From: a virus
IMG/VR virus record: IMGVR_UViG_3300037827_000415
Coordinates: 1-64,000 of that record
Strand: one strand, 5' to 3'
DNA length: 64,000 bases
Shown here: piece after piece, positions 37,346 to 46,685 of the stretch
Numbering within the stretch: position 1 is the stretch's first letter
Layout: the number at the start of each line of letters is the position of its first letter
The notes under the pieces: model-generated
What the model saw: the letters and a program-made list of their open reading frames with translations, nothing else
Told to the model about the DNA's origin: nothing
The model's database searches: none
Position numbers and translations under genes: made by a program

Positions 37346-37837
37346 ATGTCAAAACTTTTTTCGACGATTTGCGTTCTCTTTTTCGTCATGTCGACGCAAG
37401 CCTTTGCCGGCAGTGGGCATCAGGAAACTTCGTTCACGTTGCCCGTCAACGAGAGGCGAGTCTGCCAGTGGATTGAAGAGCACGCCGACGCAATCACGAA
37501 AGCGACCGGGGCCGAAATCGTGCGGAAAAAAGGCGACCGGGCACATTTGATCGTCCGCGACGATGACGGCCGAACGTTCGATTTCGTCGTGAGCCGCGAG
37601 AAGAATGCGGCAGGGAACCAATTCGACGAAGAGTTAACCAAGGTTGTGAGCGGGCAACTGACGGCTCAGGCGACGCACGTTGGCGTGGACGCGGTTCCCA
37701 ACGGTTGCATGGTTCATGTCCGCATGTCGGCCGAAGTGGAAGGCGTCTCTGGGCCGAAACTGGCGGTCGGGCTCAGGCGGAAGGTGCGGGCGATTCGGGC
37801 GATGATTGAGGGGGCGTTCGGGAAGTCGGACCGTTAG
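37346..37837 (+). CDS. Secreted protein, possibly SRPBCC/START-like fold
   Basis: Signal peptide MSKLFSTICVLFFVMSTQAFA; opposite strand to neighbours. Confidence 0.6.
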   Translation: MSKLFSTICVLFFVMSTQAFAGSGHQETSFTLPVNERRVCQWIEEHADAITKATGAEIVRKKGDRAHLIVRDDDGRTFDFVVSREKNAAGNQFDEELTKVVSGQLTAQATHVGVDAVPNGCMVHVRMSAEVEGVSGPKLAVGLRRKVRAIRAMIEGAFGKSDR

Positions 37838-38832
37838 GAAGATCGGCCCAGTGCGTCACGAATCCGAATGCCCAATGACCCGGCAACGTGGCCCAGCAGT
37901 TTAGCTTGTATCCCACGCGAATGGTGCCATCGATGTTTCTCATCAGCACGGCTTCGCCAAGAATAGGGGGCCGCTTGCCCGCGTCGATCCACTCAATCTC
38001 TTCTTTCATGCCGACACCACATCAATATCTTGGTTGACCTTTTCGAGCACCCGAGCCTTCGCGAACGACTTGAGCCGATCGATCACGGCCCGCACGTCGT
38101 TCGCCGAGTTGACCAGAACATCGCGATTCGCGTCGAACTTGTGCCGGCAGAAGAGCGTGATTTCATAGCCGTCGCCATCATTGGGCAGCAGCTTGTCGAC
38201 GCCCTCGATGTGAGCCGCAATCGCCAGCCGCATCGCCTCAAGGGGATGTTCGCTGCTTGGGTTTCCATCGCTCATGCGTGCCTCCCCTGTGGTGTGCGGC
38301 CGGTGCCCGTTGTTTCTTCCGCTCTTGCTGCTCGATTCGCCGCGTCGGATCGGTGCTCGCGTCCGTCACGCCGTCGCTCATGTGATCGACGATGCCTTTG
38401 CAGTCTGGGCAAACGTACTGATCGCCCACGAGTTTTGCGCGTCGACCACAGAGCGGGCACTTCGGCACCGCGTTGATCGCTCGAATTGGCTCGCTGTACG
38501 TGATCCGTTCGCACAGCGGGCAGCGGAAGCCGATCAGCTTGCCGCCTTCGTAAAGCCGCTCCATCGGCACGCGACACTTCGGCTGGCAAAGCGGTGGATG
38601 GCCGATGGTCCACCGCATGCCGTCGGTGTGGTTGTCGCTCATCTCCGCTCCCAAGTCTCGGCATTGTATCGATCGCGCCATTCATTCCGGTCTTTTGTCA
38701 GCCGATCGATTTCATCGATTAGCTCTAACGCTTCTCGGTAGCCGGGACACGGAAACGGAGGCGAATTTAAAACATCGCTTTGCTTCCAGCACAATGCGTT
38801 GCTGCGGATTTTGGCCAAGCGGTTCGGCGTCA
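37773..38832 (-). other. Run of small hypothetical CDSs (37773-38009, 38006-38275, 38238-38642 Zn-ribbon, 38639-38832)
   Basis: Overlapping small ORFs; 37773-38009 has a DUF551-like WID...P...VTHWA.LP pattern. Confidence 0.55.
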
Positions 38833-39174
38833 TGGCTTGGTGGTCGCCGGCACGGCCGCGACCGCGGGGACCGCTGCAACGGGCGTTGTTGCAACCGGAG
38901 CGACCTTCGCCAGCGTGGACGTGAGCCACGGCCCAATTGATGAGACGAGAGCGGACGCGATCGCGGCCCCAGCCCCGGACGGCAGGCCGACCGTGCTGAG
39001 CTTTGCCGTCAGGGCGGTTTCAAGCGTGGGCAGTTCGGCCGCGAGCTTCGTCAGCAACTTGCCCGCTTCGGTCGACGCGAGCGATTCAATCTCCGGTTCA
39101 GCCGCGGTGAATGCCGATTCAATTTCGCTGCCGATTGTGCCGAGTTTCGCTTTCAGGTTGGACGCGAGAGTCAT
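38830..39174 (-). CDS. Ala-rich protein with P/V/T/A tail
   Basis: AGGAG upstream of ATG; amphipathic helices. Confidence 0.65.
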   Translation of the reverse strand: MTLASNLKAKLGTIGSEIESAFTAAEPEIESLASTEAGKLLTKLAAELPTLETALTAKLSTVGLPSGAGAAIASALVSSIGPWLTSTLAKVAPVATTPVAAVPAVAAVPATTKP

Positions 39175-39277
39175 TGTGCCTTTGCTCCTGTTCGATGTGA
39201 AAGAAAAACTGCGGCCAAAATTGTCCCTGACCGCAGGTCGCGGCACGTCCAACAAGGATGCCCGCTTTCCCGAGATT

Positions 39278-39380
39278 CGTCACCGGCGGGGATCGAACCC
39301 GCATCACACGGTTGAGTTTGCACCCGGTTTCCCGGAGGTTTCTCCATGGCCGTGCATCCTACCAGTTAGACGAAAGTGAC
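39278..39380 (-). tRNA. tRNA-Glu-like RNA with a 38-nt anticodon loop
   Basis: GTCACTT/CGGTGAC+G; D stem GTCT/GGAT; anticodon stem CACGG/CCGTG; 4-nt variable loop; T arm GCGGG-TTCGATC-CCCGC. Confidence 0.75.
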
Positions 39381-39443
39381 GACGCTCATTTTTATCGCGA
39401 CCAATTGCGGGGTGAACGAGCAAACCCAGTCACGCTTTCAATT

Positions 39444-39535
39444 AGTTTCCGGCTGGAGTCGAACCAGCACCTCACTCAATGACCACCGGATTCTCACCCG
39501 GATCGGCGTGCGTGCACCACTGGCACTACGGAAAC
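39444..39535 (-). tRNA. tRNA-like RNA with a 28-nt anticodon loop (isotype unassignable)
   Basis: GTTTCCG/CGGAAAC; D stem GTGC/GCAC; anticodon stem CACGC/GAGTG (one mismatch); T arm GCTGG-TTCGACT-CCAGC. Confidence 0.7.
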
Positions 39536-39623
39536 TACGGTGCTTTTTCGCGACACCCACGCAGGGCCAGATTTTCCCCTGACAGCGGTTTGAAACGGAC
39601 CACTTACCGTACACATCTATTGG

Positions 39624-39842
39624 TCAACCCAGTGGGAAAACCCGCGTTTCAAGTGATTCGATCTTATTAAACAGCACGCCCATCCCGAAAAGAATCTGCT
39701 CAGCAATAATGGACGTACGCGAACTTTCTTGATCGAGTAGCTCTTTGAGATAAGCCGGATTTGGCAAAAGCTTTGCACACGGTTCGCAGTAACACGATTC
39801 GCCGCTCAGGGGGCGGTCGCAGAGATAGCATCTTGTTCTCAT
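39624..39842 (-). CDS. Small zinc-finger protein
   Basis: CYLC...CEPC; overlaps the YqaJ stop. Confidence 0.55.
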   Translation of the reverse strand: MRTRCYLCDRPLSGESCYCEPCAKLLPNPAYLKELLDQESSRTSIIAEQILFGMGVLFNKIESLETRVFPLG

Positions 39843-40780
39843 TGCACAGTCAACGCCAGCGGCTTCGGGGCTTTCACAATTCTTGTGTCCACTTTAACAA
39901 ACGACGAAACAACATGCTCAGCGATGCTCTGCTCTTGCCGCCGAAACGCGGTCCCGTCGCCCAATATGCCGTACTGAGCGTCGGCCATTTCAAACAGCCA
40001 CTTTGACTTGATCGCGGCCTTCCGGGCGTCATTCGCTTTGTTCGATTGGCCAAGGGCTTCGTACTCGGCCTTCAGCAGCTTCGACTCATCGCTCAGGTCG
40101 ACGGCCTTCCCGTCCTTCAGACCGAACATGCTCTTGATCGTTCCGAGCGTCGAAGCGTGATCCCACGACGGCTCCGGGGCTTCGTGGTCGGCGAGCTTCC
40201 GCACGAATTCGCGTTCAATCTCGACCATGCTCGCGATCAGCCGCTCGTTTCGCTGGACGCGATAGATTTTGAACGCGGCACCGATTATGACCGGCACCCA
40301 GATGACTTCCAATTCAAGCACGGCACACGCCTGTTGACATTGGACGTTATAGCTCGCCGGAATGTCGTCGGTCCCCGGCTTGCCCCATTGATCGGCCATG
40401 AACTGATTGGTCCGCTTGGCTTCGATGCCGTGCGGCTCCGCGATCACGAGTCCGTCGGGACTGACAGTCATCCAAGGCCATTTCTTGCTGCGATAACTGG
40501 GCGGCTTTTGTGTGTAGACCTTCGTGCCGGTTTTAGCTCGGAACATCCGCAGAATCGCGGGCTCGAAAAACTTCCCCATAAGCATCGAGTCGTTTTCGTC
40601 GGGCTCGGGGTCGAGCCCCAGCTTGCGGCGGTAGATGCTCAACGGCGTGTCGTATTCGCTCAGCCCGCAGACTGCCGCAGCTTCGGAACCGCCGACGCTG
40701 TTTTCGCGGGCCGTGTGCCATGCAAGAGAGCCTTGGGCGGCGACGACTTCGGCGGAGTCGAATTGCGGGAAGTTCGGCAT
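39839..40780 (-). CDS. YqaJ-like viral recombinase exonuclease
   Basis: W...R..SVGGSEAAAV, GKFFEP, VSPDG, IEAK, YNVQCQ. Confidence 0.9.
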   Translation of the reverse strand: MPNFPQFDSAEVVAAQGSLAWHTARENSVGGSEAAAVCGLSEYDTPLSIYRRKLGLDPEPDENDSMLMGKFFEPAILRMFRAKTGTKVYTQKPPSYRSKKWPWMTVSPDGLVIAEPHGIEAKRTNQFMADQWGKPGTDDIPASYNVQCQQACAVLELEVIWVPVIIGAAFKIYRVQRNERLIASMVEIEREFVRKLADHEAPEPSWDHASTLGTIKSMFGLKDGKAVDLSDESKLLKAEYEALGQSNKANDARKAAIKSKWLFEMADAQYGILGDGTAFRRQEQSIAEHVVSSFVKVDTRIVKAPKPLALTVQ

Positions 40781-40792
40781 GACGAAACCGAT

Positions 40793-41113
40793 TCAGTTCT
40801 GTAACGCGAGAGCGGAACGCATGACCGTCACCGCGAAATCGAGAACACGCTCAATCGCCCGATCGCTCTTTGCGTTGATCGCCTGAGAAAATATCTGAGA
40901 ACATCCGATGAACTGGATGGTCGTCAGCGAGGTTTTAACCCGTGAGATTTCGTAGCACAGGCTTACGAACTGGGCAGTCTGGGAACCGCCGTCGTCAACG
41001 CTGTTTATCCACCACAGGCATTCGTCGCAGCCGCACGCGACGAACGCTTCGCACGACTGGCGAAATTCTTCGGAGTAGAGTGCGAACGTCTCTTCAAACT
41101 GTTGGATCGACAT
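40793..41113 (-). CDS. Hypothetical protein
   Basis: ORF between csrA and the exonuclease; start uncertain. Confidence 0.45.
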   Translation of the reverse strand: MSIQQFEETFALYSEEFRQSCEAFVACGCDECLWWINSVDDGGSQTAQFVSLCYEISRVKTSLTTIQFIGCSQIFSQAINAKSDRAIERVLDFAVTVMRSALALQN

Positions 41114-41204
41114 GCTTCGTTCCAAATAGGCGAAGGGACCGGCCGGAGCCGAAAGGTCAGTAACGAAACCGACCGGCCCCTGTCGCAGACGCGATTCCGT
41201 TCGC

Positions 41205-41399
41205 TCAAACAACCGGACTCGCTTCCGGCTGAGATGGGTCGCTCTGTAGCTCTTCGCGAATCACGCTGATTGATCGGTCGGCGTCGATGCCCAGTCGGCA
41301 GTTGTTGGGACCGATTCGCACAACTGCGACCTTGATAATTGGATAGCCAGGAACTTTAATCAGGATCGCTTCGTCTTTCTTTCTCGAAAGCACCAACAT
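41205..41399 (-). CDS. csrA: Carbon storage regulator CsrA/RsmA family
   Basis: MLVLSRKKDEAILI...VVRI...RLGIDA..SISVIREEL. Confidence 0.88.
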   Translation of the reverse strand: MLVLSRKKDEAILIKVPGYPIIKVAVVRIGPNNCRLGIDADRSISVIREELQSDPSQPEASPVV

Positions 41400-41478
41400 T
41401 GTGAATCCTTTCATGCCCGCATGTCGTTTCGCTCTGCCCCTGTTTAGCATTTCACCGGGCATCGGGTCAAATTTTATT

Positions 41479-42078
41479 TCACGAATTTCTCCGAGAGAAG
41501 TTTATGTGTGCCAGCGATGGCCTTAACTCTAAAGCGGCCCTATCGTAAGCAGCGGCGGCCTCTTCCTCGGTGTCGAACAGGCCCAATTTAATGCGTTTTC
41601 CGAAATGCGTAATCTTGGCCAGCCAGCGACCGTTTCGCGTTTTAAAAACTCCTTTAAATCTCGATGTCTCGTGGCCGCGGCTGCGTTTTCTCGTATTCCA
41701 TTGCTGTTCAGTATTGGTAATCCATCTGCAATTTCCGGGCTCGTAGTTTCCTTCTACGTCGATCCTGTCAATTCTCAGCCCTTCGCAATATCCATTGCTA
41801 ATCGCCCATGTGATAAAAGTTGCCGGATCTTTCCATTCATTGCAGACTTCTATTCCCCTTCCCCCATAATTGGAAAAGCCGGGCGTTTTCGGATTTTCGC
41901 ATCTTCTTCTCATGTCCTGATACGCCCTATAAAGCGGCGTTCGCGACATTCGATGAGTGCGTTTTCTTCCTCCGTGAACTCCGGATAGTACAGAGCATTT
42001 GATTCCGCAAAATCTTCTTCTGAACGATGGCGGCGCGAAGAATTGTTTTCCGCAATGTTCGCAATGGCAGAGAGCCAT
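41479..42078 (-). CDS. HNH endonuclease with AP2 domain
   Basis: YGGRGI.VC, IDRIDVEGNYEPGNCRW, SRFKGV...LGLFDTEEEAAAAYD. Confidence 0.88.
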   Translation of the reverse strand: MALCHCEHCGKQFFAPPSFRRRFCGIKCSVLSGVHGGRKRTHRMSRTPLYRAYQDMRRRCENPKTPGFSNYGGRGIEVCNEWKDPATFITWAISNGYCEGLRIDRIDVEGNYEPGNCRWITNTEQQWNTRKRSRGHETSRFKGVFKTRNGRWLAKITHFGKRIKLGLFDTEEEAAAAYDRAALELRPSLAHINFSRRNS

Positions 42079-42230
42079 GAACGAATGCCCTTTGTCTTTT
42101 CGGGCCGACGCGACCGGAATGCCGGACAAAGGAAGAACGGCATTCTCGCGGTCGAGTCGCTTGGCCGGTTCGTAGCTATCGTTCCGGCCGTCCCGAAGTT
42201 CGTGAGAACAGATCTATTCTCTCGTATCGC

Positions 42231-43454
42231 TTAACTGAAAGCAATTGGCGGCCGACCCGCCAGCTCCCAGCTTTCGCCGCAAAAGCTATAACCCCCGATC
42301 CGCCCAGAATCCGCGACGATCGGCACCCCGGAGACGGGCAGGAAAAACTTGCGGTCGATCAGCGGCGTCCCGTCCGCGGACTTGATCTTGCGAATGTGGA
42401 CGGCCCCTTGCGGATCGGCCCCCGTGCCGTAGATCACATCGCCGCAGCCATCGACCGCGATCGGGCCGACGTTCAGCCCTTGGACCGCGAACGAATTCGG
42501 GGTATGCGTCCAGATGACCGCGAGCGTGTCCAGGTTGACCTTCGTGATAATGCCGCTGCTCTTCAGGACGAGTCCGTCCGGGGCCGCGTTCAACTGCGAC
42601 GGGCGAAGCGTGGTGTTTCCGCCGATCACCCATGCCCCCGTGCGGCAGTCATGCTTGGACAGCCAGCCACTGGGCAAAGCGACAAACACGTTCTGATTCC
42701 AGACGAGCCCGTTCTTTTCGGGGGGTCCGATGCAGACCAGTTTGTCGAGTCCCGTGCGTGCTCCGGTGTACGCGGGGATTGATGCCCCCGTGTGATCGGG
42801 ATTGACGCTCCAGGTGATTCCGCTGCCGTTGATCGCTTGGCGAATGAGCGTATGCGTGGGATTGGGCGGACTCCCGGCACTCGCGAAGATGTACCAGTTG
42901 CCCGCCCGGTCACAATCGACGCCGGCCGCAGTTGGGAATCCGCCGAATGAACTGTTAATCGTCGTGACGACAAGATCGTTCTTGCGGCAGAAGTACCAGT
43001 GAGTTTGCCCCGTGACTCCGGTTGTCGTCGTGGTGTAACAGACCCATTCCGCGGGGCCGTTCGACGCATCAACGATCTTCTCTTGCGTCGTGCCGCCGTT
43101 CGGATTCGGAATGGCGAAGGTCATCGACGTATCGCCCTGCCGCCCGAGCGTGCCGTAGGCTCGTGAGATTGTGCCCCCCGCGACCCAAGCGGCTGAGATG
43201 GTTCCGTCTGTCGGATCACACGACGGAAGGTTCGCCGTGTCCATCGCGTCAAAGCCGATCGTGTCGATGCTTGACGCCTGCCCTTCGCTCACAATCTGGC
43301 CCGCGTCCAAGTCGATGCAATAGACCGTGCCGCCCACTGAGAATTGATACAGCAGAGTCTTCGGTGCGTACGGGTAAAGCACGTAACCGGGCAGCCGGCT
43401 TGGAATCGGCTGGCGGATTCGGAAGGCTTCCCATTGTGGCGTGCGGCCTACCAT
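42231..43454 (-). CDS. Beta-propeller-like tail protein 3
   Basis: Repeated beta-strand/W patterns; start overlaps the upstream stop. Confidence 0.6.
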   Translation of the reverse strand: MVGRTPQWEAFRIRQPIPSRLPGYVLYPYAPKTLLYQFSVGGTVYCIDLDAGQIVSEGQASSIDTIGFDAMDTANLPSCDPTDGTISAAWVAGGTISRAYGTLGRQGDTSMTFAIPNPNGGTTQEKIVDASNGPAEWVCYTTTTTGVTGQTHWYFCRKNDLVVTTINSSFGGFPTAAGVDCDRAGNWYIFASAGSPPNPTHTLIRQAINGSGITWSVNPDHTGASIPAYTGARTGLDKLVCIGPPEKNGLVWNQNVFVALPSGWLSKHDCRTGAWVIGGNTTLRPSQLNAAPDGLVLKSSGIITKVNLDTLAVIWTHTPNSFAVQGLNVGPIAVDGCGDVIYGTGADPQGAVHIRKIKSADGTPLIDRKFFLPVSGVPIVADSGRIGGYSFCGESWELAGRPPIAFS

Positions 43455-44392
43455 GCGAACGCCCCGATTCTGCCCACGCTCGGCTCGGCCAGCGTCGGCC
43501 CGCTTCGGCCGTAGGTCGGACCCGTGCCGCTGATCGACGCCCATCCGCTGAGTCGGTCGCCTTTGGCGGAGACGAATCCGCCGGAGTTTACCAGTGTGAT
43601 AATCGGCCCCGAGATGCCGAGAGAATTGGACAACGCGATCAGTCGGCCGCCAGGAATGGCACACGGGCTCGATAGTGTCGCCGTCGTGGCGAGCACTCCG
43701 CCGTTTACCGGACTCACGATATCGACGAGTGATCCAGTGCCGGTGTCCGCCTCACCGTAGACGAATTGGTCGCCCACGCTGATCGCGGTGAATGTGAGCG
43801 GGGCAGTCCAGTCCTGAACGAGCCCGGAACCGTATTTAATCAGGGCCGTGCCAGCGACGTAGAGATTGCTGTCCGCATCGAAGCGGCACGTCGCGGCACC
43901 GGCCTGAGCCGCCGTGCTCGACATTACTCCCGTCGCCCCGTCGTAGACTTGGATCGTTCCCGCCGCCGTGATCGCGACGTTGCCGTTGCGGTCCACATCG
44001 ATGCCAACGCCGCTCGTGCCGAGCGTCAGCCCGTGATTCGTGGTCCATGCGGTCTGCCAGTTCGCGGGGTTGATTTCGAGCACTGCGGCCGTCGTGAGCA
44101 CCGCGATTCGGCTATTCACTGGATCGTAGGCAATCACACGGGCGTTCGTCGTCGCGGCGAAGAATGCGGCCGACGCGGCGGTATCGAGCAATTGGCCGTA
44201 GCCGGCGTTTGTGGAATAGAACTGCTGCTTGCACCCGTTGATCGCGATCCCGCAGTTCGCGACGGTCGTTCCTGTCGTGAGGCATGACGCGGCGACGCGA
44301 AGCGTGGACACGTCGACAACCGAAACCGTCGCCATCACGGGGAACGACATGAACCAGACTGAGAGCGGCGTAAGGTTGCCGGCTTCTTTCAT
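43448..44392 (-). CDS. Beta-propeller-like tail protein 2
   Basis: DVDRNGNV, RFDADSNLYV, YDGATG repeats. Confidence 0.6.
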   Translation of the reverse strand: MKEAGNLTPLSVWFMSFPVMATVSVVDVSTLRVAASCLTTGTTVANCGIAINGCKQQFYSTNAGYGQLLDTAASAAFFAATTNARVIAYDPVNSRIAVLTTAAVLEINPANWQTAWTTNHGLTLGTSGVGIDVDRNGNVAITAAGTIQVYDGATGVMSSTAAQAGAATCRFDADSNLYVAGTALIKYGSGLVQDWTAPLTFTAISVGDQFVYGEADTGTGSLVDIVSPVNGGVLATTATLSSPCAIPGGRLIALSNSLGISGPIITLVNSGGFVSAKGDRLSGWASISGTGPTYGRSGPTLAEPSVGRIGAFAW

Positions 44393-45483
44393 GCGAACGT
44401 CCCCAGTCGCCCGGCACGCGGTTCAAGCCAGTAGGGATAACCTTGGTTCGTCGGGCCGATTGCGAATTGATTGACCGTCGCCCCGGTGCCCCGGCTCAAC
44501 TGCCAAAGGTTCGTGACCGCTCCGCCTGCCGAAACTGGAGCGGCCCCCACAAGCAGCAAGCCCTTCAGTTCGCATACGCTGGCCGCGGTGTTGTTCCCGA
44601 TTCTCTGTGACCACTGCTGAGCCCCGCTCGCCGTGGCGTATGAGAAGACGTTGCTGCCCGTGGTCAACGGACCAATGGTCACGAAGGCAAGTCCGTCCGC
44701 CGTGATCCAGACCGAAGCGACTGAAATTGTCGTTGTCGAGTTCGGAGCGACAGACCAATTCTGAGCCCCGGTTGCCGCAGCAAACTGGCGGAGCTCGCAT
44801 CCCTGATTCCCGGAGTAGCAGCACAGAGTATAGATCGCTCCGGCCGGATCAAATTCGACTTGGACGCGGCCGGTGATTTGAGAGCCGCCCGGCGGGGTGA
44901 ACGGCACGACCCACTGCGAGACTCCGAACGCATTCCAATAACCGACCTTGTACGCCGTTCCCGATCCGGTTGGCGTGAACAGGCAGGCGGCGTTTCCGTT
45001 GCGATCGCAGGCCCCGGCGAGAATCGAAATCCCGGTCATGCCGGCGGGCAGGGCATAGGCAATGTCGTTGCTGTCTGAAATGAGCGTGAGCGGATTGATG
45101 GTCGCGAATGCGGTCGCGGTTGGCGTGAGCACGCGGCCGTTTGAGTGGGCGTTGATGAAGCCGACGCCCACGGATGCCGAGCGGAATTTCCGGCCGTCCA
45201 ATCGATAGATGAAACTGAACGGCAGGCCCGCGGGGCCGTTGAATCGGCCGCTCAGGATGGACAACACCGGATCGCAAAAGAAAGCCGCGTTAAGCGATTG
45301 AGACAGTCCCGGAGCCGATGATTTTTCGCCAATTCCGACAACTGGGGCCATTGTCGCGGAATTGAATCCGACCACCGATTCTGTGGGGACGGTATTGCCG
45401 CTTGTGGACGCGAACAATGCGAACAAGTCCGCCGCGTTATCGCCAAAGAGCGGAGCGAGCGGGGGGCGAGAGATCGCGGTCAT
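44389..45483 (-). CDS. Beta-propeller (PQQ-like repeat) tail protein 1
   Basis: AATGAQNW and ASGAQQW repeats. Confidence 0.6.
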   Translation of the reverse strand: MTAISRPPLAPLFGDNAADLFALFASTSGNTVPTESVVGFNSATMAPVVGIGEKSSAPGLSQSLNAAFFCDPVLSILSGRFNGPAGLPFSFIYRLDGRKFRSASVGVGFINAHSNGRVLTPTATAFATINPLTLISDSNDIAYALPAGMTGISILAGACDRNGNAACLFTPTGSGTAYKVGYWNAFGVSQWVVPFTPPGGSQITGRVQVEFDPAGAIYTLCCYSGNQGCELRQFAAATGAQNWSVAPNSTTTISVASVWITADGLAFVTIGPLTTGSNVFSYATASGAQQWSQRIGNNTAASVCELKGLLLVGAAPVSAGGAVTNLWQLSRGTGATVNQFAIGPTNQGYPYWLEPRAGRLGTFA

Positions 45484-46685
45484 GTGCCAGCCATTGCGGC
45501 AACGGTCGTCGTCGCCCCGCTCGGACCCAAATGCCAAACGACTTCTTCGACCTGCGAGCCGGGATTGAACGCTTGGATGCCGTCGTAGCACCACAACTTG
45601 GGCCGCTCGGCCTGATCGCGGGATTGGTAATACGAATTGATGAGCAACTGAGCCAGCGTGTTGAGTGCGATCACGTTCGTCGGGTTCTGATTCTGGCAGC
45701 ACATCTGAGCGTCGAGGGGGGCAAAGATCACGTCCGTCGTGCCCGGCACCGGCGTCGCACCATTGGGCATCGTCGTGGGACCGCCGTTGAACACGTAATA
45801 GGGTGCGGTCGTGATAGATTCTTCCGGTGCTCCCGGATAGATCGCCAAGAACACGACGTCGACCGACGCGGGGAACCAGATGTCATCCGACTCAACCGGG
45901 TTATTCGCGAAGAGTAAAAAATTCTGGCTGGCCTGTTGAAGCTGCTGAAAGTTCGTGTCAGCCGCACCGCGTTGCACGGCGGAGAAACTGCCGCCGTTCG
46001 TCGGGTTGTAAACGAGATCCATGAAGAGCGATTGCAGGCATTCGGCGTAGGCCGAAAGGGGGGCCTGTTCGATGAAGCGGAAGCGCTCGGGATTGGACGT
46101 TGGAAAGGTCAGGCCGACCAGCGTTGGGGCGGGGGAGACATACGTCCAAATGCTGCCCAGCATCTTTTGCCAAGTCCACGGCCCGCGGCCCGGCCCCGGA
46201 TTGCCGTTGAACAGCACGGCCGCCGCGGGATCCTCAGTCTCACTCCAATACTCCGCGGTCGGGTCGGCCAAGGTGCGGACGTTGTACGCTTGCGTAAACG
46301 TGGACCGCAAACCAATTGCCCGCTCGTCGGCCGCATGAACGATGAATAGCCCGTTCGGATCTTCGGCCGCCCCGCCGACAATCTGGGTCGCATCAAGGAA
46401 AACCATCTTCGCGGCTTGAAGCTGGTTCTGTCCGCAGCCCAAGATCAAGGCGTTATACGGGTCGTTGCCGAGCGAGATGGCCTGCACGACCTGCACGTCG
46501 GAGTAGAGCATCAGAAGCCACGCTTCGCCCGGCATTGCCCCGCGCGGGCAGCGGTATGAGTTGCAGCGGGCGATTTGCGCGAGGGCGTTCGGGTCGGGGT
46601 TGTCCGACTCCGCGATTTGGCGATAGTGCTGGCTGGCGGATTGGATGGATTGACCGCCGAATGAGCCGTATTCGGTGTCAGCCAT
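45480..46685 (-). CDS. Putative tail tip or hub protein
   Basis: 401 aa directly upstream of the propeller trio. Confidence 0.5.
   Translation of the reverse strand: MADTEYGSFGGQSIQSASQHYRQIAESDNPDPNALAQIARCNSYRCPRGAMPGEAWLLMLYSDVQVVQAISLGNDPYNALILGCGQNQLQAAKMVFLDATQIVGGAAEDPNGLFIVHAADERAIGLRSTFTQAYNVRTLADPTAEYWSETEDPAAAVLFNGNPGPGRGPWTWQKMLGSIWTYVSPAPTLVGLTFPTSNPERFRFIEQAPLSAYAECLQSLFMDLVYNPTNGGSFSAVQRGAADTNFQQLQQASQNFLLFANNPVESDDIWFPASVDVVFLAIYPGAPEESITTAPYYVFNGGPTTMPNGATPVPGTTDVIFAPLDAQMCCQNQNPTNVIALNTLAQLLINSYYQSRDQAERPKLWCYDGIQAFNPGSQVEEVVWHLGPSGATTTVAAMAGT

Noticed and set aside
41150-41159. CGAAAGGTCA as another start-associated motif
   Set aside because: It lacks the A-tract prefix, is antisense to the local genes and has no start codon after it
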